A stretch of DNA of 64,000 nt from an uncultured Lachnospiraceae bacterium (GTDB lineage: Bacteria > Bacillota > Clostridia > Lachnospirales > Lachnospiraceae): positions 1,268-65,267 of the forward strand of contig CAKRJP010000007.1 in assembly GCA_934351835.1 (NCBI GenBank), in the 5' to 3' direction. Position numbers and translations under genes: made by a program. Below the pieces are notes generated by a model. It had not been told where the DNA came from and made no database searches. It worked only from the letters and a program-made list of their open reading frames with translations. Of this stretch, positions 47,598-55,686 are shown piece by piece; the stretch's first letter is position 1, and each line of letters begins with the position of its first letter.

Positions 47598-47726
47598 ATG
47601 TGGAGAATTTATTATATCAGACAGATTTTACGAGAAAAAAGTGGAGTTGGGGTAGTGGAAGTTATATTGATTCTGGTCGGAATATTAACCACCTATTATG
47701 AGGTGATTATAAGGTGTATAGGGTAA
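47598..47726 (+). CDS. Flp1-like pilin ORF, possibly 3'-truncated (below the ORF-track cutoff)
   Basis: My translation is MWRIYYIRQILREKSGVGVVEVILILVGILTTYYEVIIRCIG, with RBS agaggag. G-VVEVILILV matches the Flp prepilin cleavage and hydrophobic core motif. The tail after ILILV does not look pilin-like. Confidence 0.45.
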   Translation: MWRIYYIRQILREKSGVGVVEVILILVGILTTYYEVIIRCIG

Positions 47727-47777
47727 AAATGTGTGGACAAATAGAACTGGATATACAGTGAGAGGTGGAAAGTGTGT

Positions 47778-48083
47778 ATGAGGTCAAAGGGAAAAATAAC
47801 AAAAGAAATTGTATTGATTAGATACTACAATGTATTATTTTATTTGTTTTTTGAGATAGGGATAGACGATTTTAAGAAACAATGTTTAGTAAGCTGGGTG
47901 GCGTCAGCAGAAGGTATGAGAATGAAACAGATAAAGGAATGGTGCTATTTCCAGCATATTTCATTTAAGACTAAATTTATTTATAGAAAAGATTTCCCAT
48001 TTAGAGCTAATTTATGGAATTTATATTCATATGTAAGATTTAAGATTGGTTTAATGCATAGAAAAATATTTTGTTTGTTTTAA
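47778..48083 (+). CDS. Hypothetical protein (weak call)
   Basis: 101 aa from ATG 47778 after gaggtgg. The composition is aromatic-rich and no family is recognised. It could be non-coding. Confidence 0.3.
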   Translation: MRSKGKITKEIVLIRYYNVLFYLFFEIGIDDFKKQCLVSWVASAEGMRMKQIKEWCYFQHISFKTKFIYRKDFPFRANLWNLYSYVRFKIGLMHRKIFCLF

Positions 48084-48280
48084 ACTAAAAGACATTGAAA
48101 AACCACTTTTTTTATAAGATAATGATAACATGATTTATTAAGGATTAAAATTTTGGAGCATCTTCAATTAAAGTGAAAGATTCAGAGAAATCTTGTATTA
48201 TGTACTAAGTGGATATAATGTTAAAAGAAGTTGTGTGTGCAATTATTAATATAGAGTGAAGAGAGATAGGAGCTGATTTT

Positions 48281-50419
48281 GTGAATAGTAATTTGACAAT
48301 TCTTGGTGCGTTTGAATCGGGAATTAAAACCGATGTTGCAGAGCAATTTGTTCAGAAATTTTTGGAAAAATATGAGAATGTTGAAGGTGAGTTATATTTA
48401 GGATATCCAATATATATTGATGAGGTAGCGAATAGAAGAATATGTGTGGATATGGCATTAGTGTCTAAAATTGGAGTTTATATCATCAATATTTTAACAG
48501 AGCCTGTAGTGAAATATGGGGAAATTCAAGATGATATTTATGCTAAAGTAGAAACTAAATTTAAAAAGCAGAACTTTTTATTTAAAAAGAGAAAACTCAT
48601 TTTTGATTTTTATACTTTAACGTATTCTGTAACACCGATTAAAGAAGAAGAAGATTACCCATTAGCTCAAAAAGTCGATGATATAATGGATTTTATTGAG
48701 CAGACAAGAGAAGAACAAGAATATGGGGATGATTTATACAGAAAAATTTTGTCGGGACTTCAGGAAGCATATGGTATCAACACCTATAAAGAAAGAGAAA
48801 ATGTAGAAGAAGGAACCAAAGCCTATGCAATTAATCAGATGGCATCGTTAATCGAAAAATATGATAGTGCACAAATGGAAGCTATTTTATCGGATGCTAC
48901 GGGAATTCAACGTATTAGAGGGATGGCAGGTAGTGGAAAAACAATTATTTTGGCAAGAAAAGCGGTAGAATTGCATACAGCACATCCAGAATGGAATATA
49001 GTTGTCACGTATTCAACTCGATCTCTTAGAGGACAATTGGAAGCTCTAATAGCAAGGTTTTATGCCGCTAAAAATGAAGGCGCTAAATATAATCCAGAAA
49101 AACTGAAAATTATGCAGTCGTGGGGCTCAGCGACTTCTAAAGGAGTGTATTATGAAGTATGTTTGCGTCATGGCATTGCACCGTTGAATTTTTCAGAAGC
49201 CAGAGCAAAATATGGGAGAAGTGTCAATCACTTTTCGAGGTTATGCGGAGAATTATTATCATCAATTAAAAATTTCCAAAAAATGTATGATTGTATTTTG
49301 ATAGATGAAGCACAGGATTTTGATAAAAATTATTTACAATTGTGTTTGAAAATATTGGATAAGAATCAGCGGTTAGTATATGCATATGATGAGTTGCAAA
49401 AGTTGAATGAAGAGGCAATGCCAAATCCAGAGCAAATATTTGGGAAAAATATTGATCATGATACGCCATTGGTTGTTTGTTATAGAAACCAAGGAAATGC
49501 AATAGTAACTGCACATGCTATTGGCATGGGGTTATATCGAAAAGAAGGGTTGTTGCAATTACCGAGTTCTTCATCTGTGTGGGAAGCAATTGGATATGTT
49601 AGTGATACGCCTATTACAGAGGGACAAGAAGTAACTTTGTATCGGACAAAAGAAACAAGTCCAGAGTTACTAAAAACCAATCCTAATGAGGTTATTCAAT
49701 TTTTGGGATATGAAGATTATAAAAAAATGTATAAATCTCTTTTAGATATGTTGAAATCAGATTTGGAGAAGGAACAATTGATTCCAAGAGATATCATGAT
49801 TATTGATATGGATACGTTTGAATATGGTAAAAACTGTATGCGATTATCTAATATCCAGTCAGAATATAATTCAGTTGCTTGGGATGATGAATTTAATTAT
49901 GATGAGGATAAAGAAATATATAAATTTAAAATTCATACAGCAGGAGCAGCAAATCCAGAAGATTTTTTCAGAGAAGATTCGGTCGTGTACTCTAGTGTAA
50001 GAAGAGCAAAAGGTAATGAAACATATATGGTATATATTGTAAATGCTCAAAAATGTGTTAATTCTTTGCAGAGAAGGTCAGATAGAAATGCGCTGTTTAC
50101 TGCAGTTACACGCTCTAAGGGATGGGTGAAAGTTTTGGGATATGGAGAAGATATGATGGTCTTGCAAGAGGAATTTGAAGAAATAAAGAGACAAGATTTT
50201 AAACTCCATTTTGATAAATACCCAACTAAAGAAGAACAAAAGCAAATTTTCTTGAATAACAAAGATGTAGCGGCGAAAGACATACAGACTATCGATAAAA
50301 CAAAAAATTTAATTGGAAAGCTTACAGGAAATGGAAACGTTACAAAAATCCAATTAATGCAAGAGTTATTTGGAATGAGTAAAGAGGAATTGGCTAAACT
50401 CCTTGAAGGAGGCGAATAA
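48281..50419 (+). CDS. SF1 (UvrD/AAA_19-type) helicase with a NERD-like N-terminal region
   Basis: 712 aa with a GTG start after aggag. Walker A is GMAGSGKT and Walker B is ILIDEAQDF. The late motifs are VRRAKGNETYMVYIV and LFTAVTRSKGWVKVLG. The N-terminal CVDMALVSKIGVYIINIL resembles the NERD core strand pair. Confidence 0.8.
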   Translation: MNSNLTILGAFESGIKTDVAEQFVQKFLEKYENVEGELYLGYPIYIDEVANRRICVDMALVSKIGVYIINILTEPVVKYGEIQDDIYAKVETKFKKQNFLFKKRKLIFDFYTLTYSVTPIKEEEDYPLAQKVDDIMDFIEQTREEQEYGDDLYRKILSGLQEAYGINTYKERENVEEGTKAYAINQMASLIEKYDSAQMEAILSDATGIQRIRGMAGSGKTIILARKAVELHTAHPEWNIVVTYSTRSLRGQLEALIARFYAAKNEGAKYNPEKLKIMQSWGSATSKGVYYEVCLRHGIAPLNFSEARAKYGRSVNHFSRLCGELLSSIKNFQKMYDCILIDEAQDFDKNYLQLCLKILDKNQRLVYAYDELQKLNEEAMPNPEQIFGKNIDHDTPLVVCYRNQGNAIVTAHAIGMGLYRKEGLLQLPSSSSVWEAIGYVSDTPITEGQEVTLYRTKETSPELLKTNPNEVIQFLGYEDYKKMYKSLLDMLKSDLEKEQLIPRDIMIIDMDTFEYGKNCMRLSNIQSEYNSVAWDDEFNYDEDKEIYKFKIHTAGAANPEDFFREDSVVYSSVRRAKGNETYMVYIVNAQKCVNSLQRRSDRNALFTAVTRSKGWVKVLGYGEDMMVLQEEFEEIKRQDFKLHFDKYPTKEEQKQIFLNNKDVAAKDIQTIDKTKNLIGKLTGNGNVTKIQLMQELFGMSKEELAKLLEGGE

Positions 50420-50420
50420 T

Positions 50421-51077
50421 ATGCCTGCATCTAAGATGGTAAAGCATATCTTAGATGATATGAGAAAAACAAATGAAGAATTATGGAAAAAGGGAATTGT
50501 GCGTGATGAAAAAGGCGCATCTGTAAAGCAAACAGGAAATGATTCTTGGGAAATATCTTTTTCGGGGAAAAATGATAGTGGAAGCATTATATTGGATAAG
50601 CACATAACAGCAACAAGAATTATAGATGTATTACTTGAAAACCTACAGTATACATTGCTACTATATGATAAAGGTATAATTCAAGCAGAATATGAGATTT
50701 CAAATGATAAAATTGTAAAAGAACGATTAGTTTTTATGAAGAAGCATAATAAAATTTGGGACTTCAAAGAAATTGAAGCATGTGAAGCAGAAGATAAAGA
50801 TTGGTTTATGGAGGAAGAAGGAGTCCCGATTATGCTTAGAATTGATTATGCTCCAGATGATCATATTGAAGGCGAACATGCAGCCACTCATTTAACATTA
50901 TCCAATCATGAATGCTGTAGAATTCCAATTAAAGGAATTGTGACGTTCTCCGAATTTGTTAGGTTTGTTTTATTACATTTTTATGATATAAAACTGGATA
51001 AAGCGGTTTTCCGTTTTGATGAAGAAGATACGATTACTGGTTTGGAAAAACAAATGATGCATATAAATTGGATTTGA
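50421..51077 (+). CDS. Unrecognised 218-aa protein coupled to the helicase
   Basis: ATG 50421 follows gaaggagg by 8 nt and begins 1 nt after the helicase stop. The His/Cys-rich block DDHIEGEHAATHLTLSNHECCRIP is notable. No family recognised by eye. Confidence 0.7.
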   Translation: MPASKMVKHILDDMRKTNEELWKKGIVRDEKGASVKQTGNDSWEISFSGKNDSGSIILDKHITATRIIDVLLENLQYTLLLYDKGIIQAEYEISNDKIVKERLVFMKKHNKIWDFKEIEACEAEDKDWFMEEEGVPIMLRIDYAPDDHIEGEHAATHLTLSNHECCRIPIKGIVTFSEFVRFVLLHFYDIKLDKAVFRFDEEDTITGLEKQMMHINWI

Positions 51078-51374
51078 TTATGGCTCTTGTGATAGGAATT
51101 ACATAGCGATTAAAACAAAGAGATATTTCTGTATGATGAGATATCTTTTTTATAAAAGATTTCGGAAATTTAGATGGAGGATTTAGGGGTTGGTAAACGC
51201 CAAACCATTCGTCTCGTAATCTGCGTAAATGCTAGTTTTTCCTATATTTTCAAGTAGTTTTCAACTTTTATTGAGTTGCACTTATTTCTGGAAATTTATA
51301 CTAATCTGCTGGTTTCAAATTTTGCATAATTTGTAAATGAAAATTTTAATGGTATCTGGTATCAATGCTAGACT

Positions 51375-52094
51375 TTACTTACGCTTATGCGAGATATTTA
51401 TCTTTTTATTTTTTAGTATAGATAATATAAATGAAAAAATGAATAAGAATATTACTTCTCCCGTTGCTATTCCATAAATAATTTGATTTACAATATCATT
51501 GTATGATGAAAAGCAAAGAAAGAGCAAAATGACAAAAACAAAGCTACTTTCTAAAATCATTTTGACATCTTTTGATGTCTTTTTAACACTATCGATATAT
51601 TCCGTTAGTAATACTATAAGAGATTTATTTTTTAAAAAAGTTTCTACAGAAATATACGAACCAATCAAAACACTTATAGCAATACTGGAAACAGTTAGGT
51701 ATTCACTTGAACCACATTGTATAGATATGATTCCTCCCGATATTGCAACACAAATATAAGATAAAATTATCGCCCAATGCTTATCGCTCACTTTTAATTC
51801 GTTTTTGGGACATATCTTTTCAAAAAATATATTAACTGTCCAAATACTAAACAACAAGTATAATGCACTGAATATGGAACTAAGTTCACTACATACATCA
51901 TTTAATATCAAAGAAATAAAGATATATGCAAATGAAGACATAAACATAAAAAAACAATATAGTATTTTTTGTGTCGGTGCTTTGATACAATTAATCAGTC
52001 TATAGACTATTTTTACCTTTTGAAAAACGCAATAGGTAAATAAAAACATTATAAATATTGTTATTATCAGTGATATGAAATAATATTTATTCAT
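51375..52094 (-). CDS. Polytopic membrane protein, unknown family
   Basis: 239 aa from ATG 52094 (MNKYYF, RBS ggagtg). There are about 6 hydrophobic helices and no sizeable soluble domain. The gene is very AT-rich. Confidence 0.65.
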   Translation of the reverse strand: MNKYYFISLIITIFIMFLFTYCVFQKVKIVYRLINCIKAPTQKILYCFFMFMSSFAYIFISLILNDVCSELSSIFSALYLLFSIWTVNIFFEKICPKNELKVSDKHWAIILSYICVAISGGIISIQCGSSEYLTVSSIAISVLIGSYISVETFLKNKSLIVLLTEYIDSVKKTSKDVKMILESSFVFVILLFLCFSSYNDIVNQIIYGIATGEVIFLFIFSFILSILKNKKINISHKRK

Positions 52095-52423
52095 ATATCT
52101 ACACTCCATTCGCTATAAATACTATCTGAATACGGTAACAACTATAAAGTAAGTTTTTAAATGATCAATATGGATAAGTATATCATTTTCGATTTACAAC
52201 TACCATAAAAATCCTTATAAATAGCTTATTTTTTTCGGTGTTCTCTGCAACGTATAGCTTTGTGAATTGTCTGCGTTTTGGTTGCTTTTATTCTTCAACA
52301 CAACATCTTCTTGCCTTTACACACCATTCACCATCTGCATCCATATAGAGTTGTTTCTAATAGTTTTTTAGAATATCTCAGAAATGTGCAGATTAGGTCT
52401 AGGCGAGTGGTTTGTCGTTTATA

Positions 52424-52452
52424 TTGTTTGGGAGCTTAAAACATAGTATAAT
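52424..52452 (+). promoter_or_regulatory. sigma-A promoter (TTGTTT-17-TATAAT)
   Basis: ttgttt at 52424-52429 and tataat at 52447-52452, about 35 nt upstream of ATG 52487. Confidence 0.55.
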
Positions 52453-52486
52453 TTTTAGAAATATTTTAGAAAGGAGAGAAATTTAT

Positions 52487-53218
52487 ATGGAACACAAATT
52501 TAGAAAAGTAGTGGTAATATTTATTGATATATTAGGTTCTCAAAGTAGGAGTAACTTTGAAGAATGGTATAATATTATGAGCATTTTTAATAAAATGGTG
52601 GAACGAGAAAAAGCCTTAGACGAAACTCATACAAGGGTTATTTATAAGAGAGAAATTCATGTTTTTTCTGATTGCGCATATATCATTTATGATTATAAAG
52701 ATGGCATTGAAGAGAGTCGAAAAAATATGTATGAGTTAATGGGAATTGCTTGTTATAACACTGAAAAAGTATTGTATGAATTTTTGAAAAATGAATTTAT
52801 TGCTCGTGGTGCAATTACATATGGTGAGATGTTTTATGATACTGAAAAGAATATTTGGTTTGGACCGGCAATGAATCGGGCTTATTTTTTGGAATCTAAG
52901 AAAGCAAGTGTGCCAAGAGTAATTATAGATCCGGAATATGCGGAAGAATTGTATGCATTTAACGAAAAAAAATATCGAGGAGATAGTATATTAAAGATGG
53001 ATAATGGTGAAATTCTTCTTCGTGATATAGATGGGAGCATATATTTGAACTATTTAAATACTGTGAAGCAAGGAATAAATCGGGTGGAAAGCGAATGGGT
53101 TATAGAAAAAGCACTTGAATTGTGTAACAGGGAAAGAGCTATAAAGAGAGATTCAGAAGAACTACAGCAATCTATTCAGAAAAAGTATGATTGGTTAGAA
53201 AGATATTTATTACAATAA
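52487..53218 (+). CDS. Class III nucleotidyl-cyclase-like (palm domain) protein with an uncharacterised C-terminal extension
   Basis: 243 aa with RBS aaaggagag. Four ordered motifs are present: VVVIFIDILGSQS, HVFSDCAYIIY, ARGAITYGEMFY and WFGPAMNRAYFLES. They parallel the FxDIxGF(T/S), GD, RxGIHxG and GxxVNxAxRLES motifs of class III cyclases. Confidence 0.7.
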   Translation: MEHKFRKVVVIFIDILGSQSRSNFEEWYNIMSIFNKMVEREKALDETHTRVIYKREIHVFSDCAYIIYDYKDGIEESRKNMYELMGIACYNTEKVLYEFLKNEFIARGAITYGEMFYDTEKNIWFGPAMNRAYFLESKKASVPRVIIDPEYAEELYAFNEKKYRGDSILKMDNGEILLRDIDGSIYLNYLNTVKQGINRVESEWVIEKALELCNRERAIKRDSEELQQSIQKKYDWLERYLLQ

Positions 53219-53244
53219 ATAAGAAAGAGAAAGAATCACAAAGG

Positions 53245-53273
53245 CAGACTTCGATTAAGAGGTCTGTTTTTTT
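53245..53273 (+). terminator. Rho-independent terminator
   Basis: Arms cagacttc and gaggtctg form an 8-bp stem including one G-U pair, followed by T7. Confidence 0.6.
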
Positions 53274-53298
53274 CTGGTCTTTTGGGAGGTGATAAGAG

Positions 53299-53631
53299 GT
53301 GGAAGTAAGTATTTATGAACTCTTGGCGGCAGCAAGAGAATCGGCTAAATCCGATTATATAAAGGGGGACAGCATTTTGTGTGAGAAGAGATTTCATCCA
53401 GATATCCATTACATGGTGGAAATGGAGCTGTTAGAAAATGATAACCGGCTGGGAGAAAAGGAAAATTATATACGGAAGTTTCTGACAGAACCGGAGTATT
53501 TTCCCATTTTACAAAAGCAGGAAAAACATCTCATAAAAATAAAAAGACAGGCAATTGTTCAAAAAGGAAACTTGCGATATATCCCTCCTCCGGACAGGCT
53601 GGACAGCCGCCGGGAGAGGGATATTTTATAA
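53299..53631 (+). CDS. Hypothetical protein
   Basis: 110 aa with a GTG start. No family recognised. Confidence 0.35.
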   Translation: MEVSIYELLAAARESAKSDYIKGDSILCEKRFHPDIHYMVEMELLENDNRLGEKENYIRKFLTEPEYFPILQKQEKHLIKIKRQAIVQKGNLRYIPPPDRLDSRRERDIL

Positions 53632-53808
53632 CCGGCTGGGAAGAAATAGTAGTGTTCCTCTGGCGATAGTGGTATAAAAAAGCCAGATTTTCCGCAGGTT
53701 TTGGGACGCTGGAACATAGAAAAGTGTTCACGAATGACACTTTTGCAACAATCCGTTGCAGCAGTGAAAACATTTTTGGATTTACGTTAAACAGAAAAAT
53801 GAAAGGAT

Positions 53809-54726
53809 GTGATTGCGATAATCATAGGAATTGATCATGGCTATTATGCCATTAAAACAAGACAAGTGTCTTTCCCAAGTGGAATTATTGGGTATGATTA
53901 CGAGCCGTATACCATGCAGAATGTTCTGCAGTATCAGGGAAAGTATTATGTCTGTGGTACAGGGAGACAGACACTGGTAAAAAATAAAACGTCCAATGAT
54001 AATTATTATCTGCTGACGTTGGCAGCCATTGCGGAAGAAATCAAGCATCGGAAAGCGGAACGAAAGACAGAGGTAATTCTGGCTGTCGGACTTCCGCTTT
54101 CAAGTTTTGGAAGAGAGAAACATGGATTCAGGGAGTATCTGTTGCGGAAAGAGCAGCCAGTGCGATTTTTATATGAAAGTGAATTATATGAGATAACAAT
54201 AAAAGATGTGAAACTGTTCCCACAGGGATACTCTGCGCTTGCTTTGCATCCAGAGTACCTGAAGAATGAACCATCTGTTCTGCTTGTTGATATTGGTGGC
54301 TGGACCGTTGACCTTATGAGGCTGGACAATGCTGTTCCGAATGCAGCAACGTGCAGGAGTCTGGAACTGGGTGTGATCCGGTGTATTGACGAGACGGCAG
54401 AACAGGTGCGGAGAAATACCGGACTGTCTGTAACGGAAACACAGATCGAACGTGTGCTTCGTGGGGAAACCTGCAGCATGGCAGAAGATGCAAGAGTTGT
54501 CATACAGGAAAACGGACGGAAATACATCGAAAGAATCCTGTCTGCGGTAACGGAATCCGGGTTTGATCTCAGGGCAGTGCCGAGCGTATTTATGGGTGGA
54601 GGTTCTGCGATTTTAAAACGCCACGTGACCGCACAGGATGCGATTTGCCGCCCTGTTTTTATCGAGGACGTCCATGCGAACGCTGCCGGGTATGAACGGA
54701 TTGTAGAGCAGATGTGGGCGAAATGA
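53809..54726 (+). CDS. parM: ParM/StbA family actin-like segregation ATPase
   Basis: The phosphate-1 motif is IIGIDHGYYAIKT and the phosphate-2 motif is LLVDIGGWTVDL. The adenosine motif is FMGGGSA. Confidence 0.8.
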   Translation: MIAIIIGIDHGYYAIKTRQVSFPSGIIGYDYEPYTMQNVLQYQGKYYVCGTGRQTLVKNKTSNDNYYLLTLAAIAEEIKHRKAERKTEVILAVGLPLSSFGREKHGFREYLLRKEQPVRFLYESELYEITIKDVKLFPQGYSALALHPEYLKNEPSVLLVDIGGWTVDLMRLDNAVPNAATCRSLELGVIRCIDETAEQVRRNTGLSVTETQIERVLRGETCSMAEDARVVIQENGRKYIERILSAVTESGFDLRAVPSVFMGGGSAILKRHVTAQDAICRPVFIEDVHANAAGYERIVEQMWAK

Positions 54727-55013
54727 CACGTCCGGTATATTCGTTCCGTCCAAACCTGAAAAATCCGGAACACCAGAAAGCATGGGAGAAATTCCAGAGT
54801 GTTCCGGAAGGACAGAAAAACCAGTACCTTGTTCAGGCGATTCTGGAAAAAGAGGACCGGAAGTGGATGGAAGAGGTCATCCAAAAGACGATCAAAGAAA
54901 GTGTTCGGGAATTAAACATTTGTGGCGGTGCGGAACAAAGTGGAACAAATCCACTGGCTGAGGATATCCCGGATCAGATGATGGATTTCCTATCTCAGAT
55001 GGAAAATATGTAA
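54723..55013 (+). CDS. Small protein downstream of parM (possible ParR-like adaptor)
   Basis: The ATG overlaps the parM stop (ATGA). The N-terminal segment YSFRPNLKNPEHQKAWEKFQ...YLVQAIL is ribbon-helix-helix-like. Confidence 0.45.
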   Translation: MTRPVYSFRPNLKNPEHQKAWEKFQSVPEGQKNQYLVQAILEKEDRKWMEEVIQKTIKESVRELNICGGAEQSGTNPLAEDIPDQMMDFLSQMENM

Positions 55014-55167
55014 AGGGGGTGAGGCCTATGATTGTGCGATACATACATTGTTGGATCTGCTAGGGGCAGGAGCAAAACAGCATCGATATCTTTGGTAGGT
55101 ATCGTGAATAGCTTTCCATGCATCTTTGGAGTATGTTGTGTGTAGCGAAACGGAAAGGAGAAACGCT

Positions 55168-55686
55168 ATGACAGAGATGAAGAACATATGCGGAAAGATC
55201 CCGAAGGACTTACACGAAAAAGTAAGAGAAGAGATTGAACTGACAGAAAGCAGCACACAGAAATTTATACAGCAGGTCATCGAAGAACATTTTGAAAGAC
55301 TTGCAGGAAAAGGAGAAATGAGCATGGGAACAGCAAGAACAATCGCAGTACAGGTATCAGAGGAATTATTCCAGAGATTAAAAACAGTCATCGCAAAAAA
55401 AGGCATGAAACAGAAAGACTTCTTAATTCAGATCATCGAAGAGGCACTGGAAAAGGCAGAGACCGAATGGCAGAACAAAGACAGCATGGAAGAAACGGAA
55501 CCTGTAACCGGAGAATCTGGAACAGAAGAGACTCAACCGGACGAGGAAACCGAACCGGAAGGAGAAAACGAACCGAGCGAGGAAAGCGAACCGGACGAGG
55601 AAGCCGAACTGAAAGAAGAAAGTGAACCGGACGAGGAAACTCAACCGGAAGAAGAAACCAAAGCAGAAGAACCAACAGAATGGTAA
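55168..55686 (+). CDS. Tandem RHH-like protein with a poly-acidic repeat tail
   Basis: ATG 55168 follows aaaggaga. There are two RHH-like units (IPKDLHEKVREEIE...FIQQVIEEH and VSEELFQRLKTVIA...FLIQIIEEA). About 65 aa of (S/T)EP(D/E)EE repeats follow. Confidence 0.55.
   Translation: MTEMKNICGKIPKDLHEKVREEIELTESSTQKFIQQVIEEHFERLAGKGEMSMGTARTIAVQVSEELFQRLKTVIAKKGMKQKDFLIQIIEEALEKAETEWQNKDSMEETEPVTGESGTEETQPDEETEPEGENEPSEESEPDEEAELKEESEPDEETQPEEETKAEEPTEW

Larger units (their letters stand above)
47727..53280. other. AT-rich accessory island (candidate defence island)
   Basis: By eye, base composition shifts sharply at both edges. The genes have no housekeeping function and no flanking synteny with the Tad operon. 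Confidence 0.6.

Noticed and set aside
52250-52330. Slightly GC-richer patch in the divergent intergenic region encoding MDADGEWCVKARRCCVEE on the minus strand
   Set aside because: It is only 18 codons long, has no RBS, and the upstream frame is full of stops. It is probably a decayed gene fragment, if anything.
51375-53218. Labelling the cyclase-like/membrane pair as Pycsar, CBASS or Panoptes
   Set aside because: No cNMP-binding domain, CD-NTase motifs, SAVED/CARF domain or 2TM-beta effector is visible. The genes are divergent rather than operonic. Only the general logic is similar, so no named system is asserted.
54006-54884. 292-aa minus-strand ORF opposite parM
   Set aside because: It is a Ser/Arg/Thr-rich shadow ORF. 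The plus-strand gene has clear actin-fold ATPase motifs.
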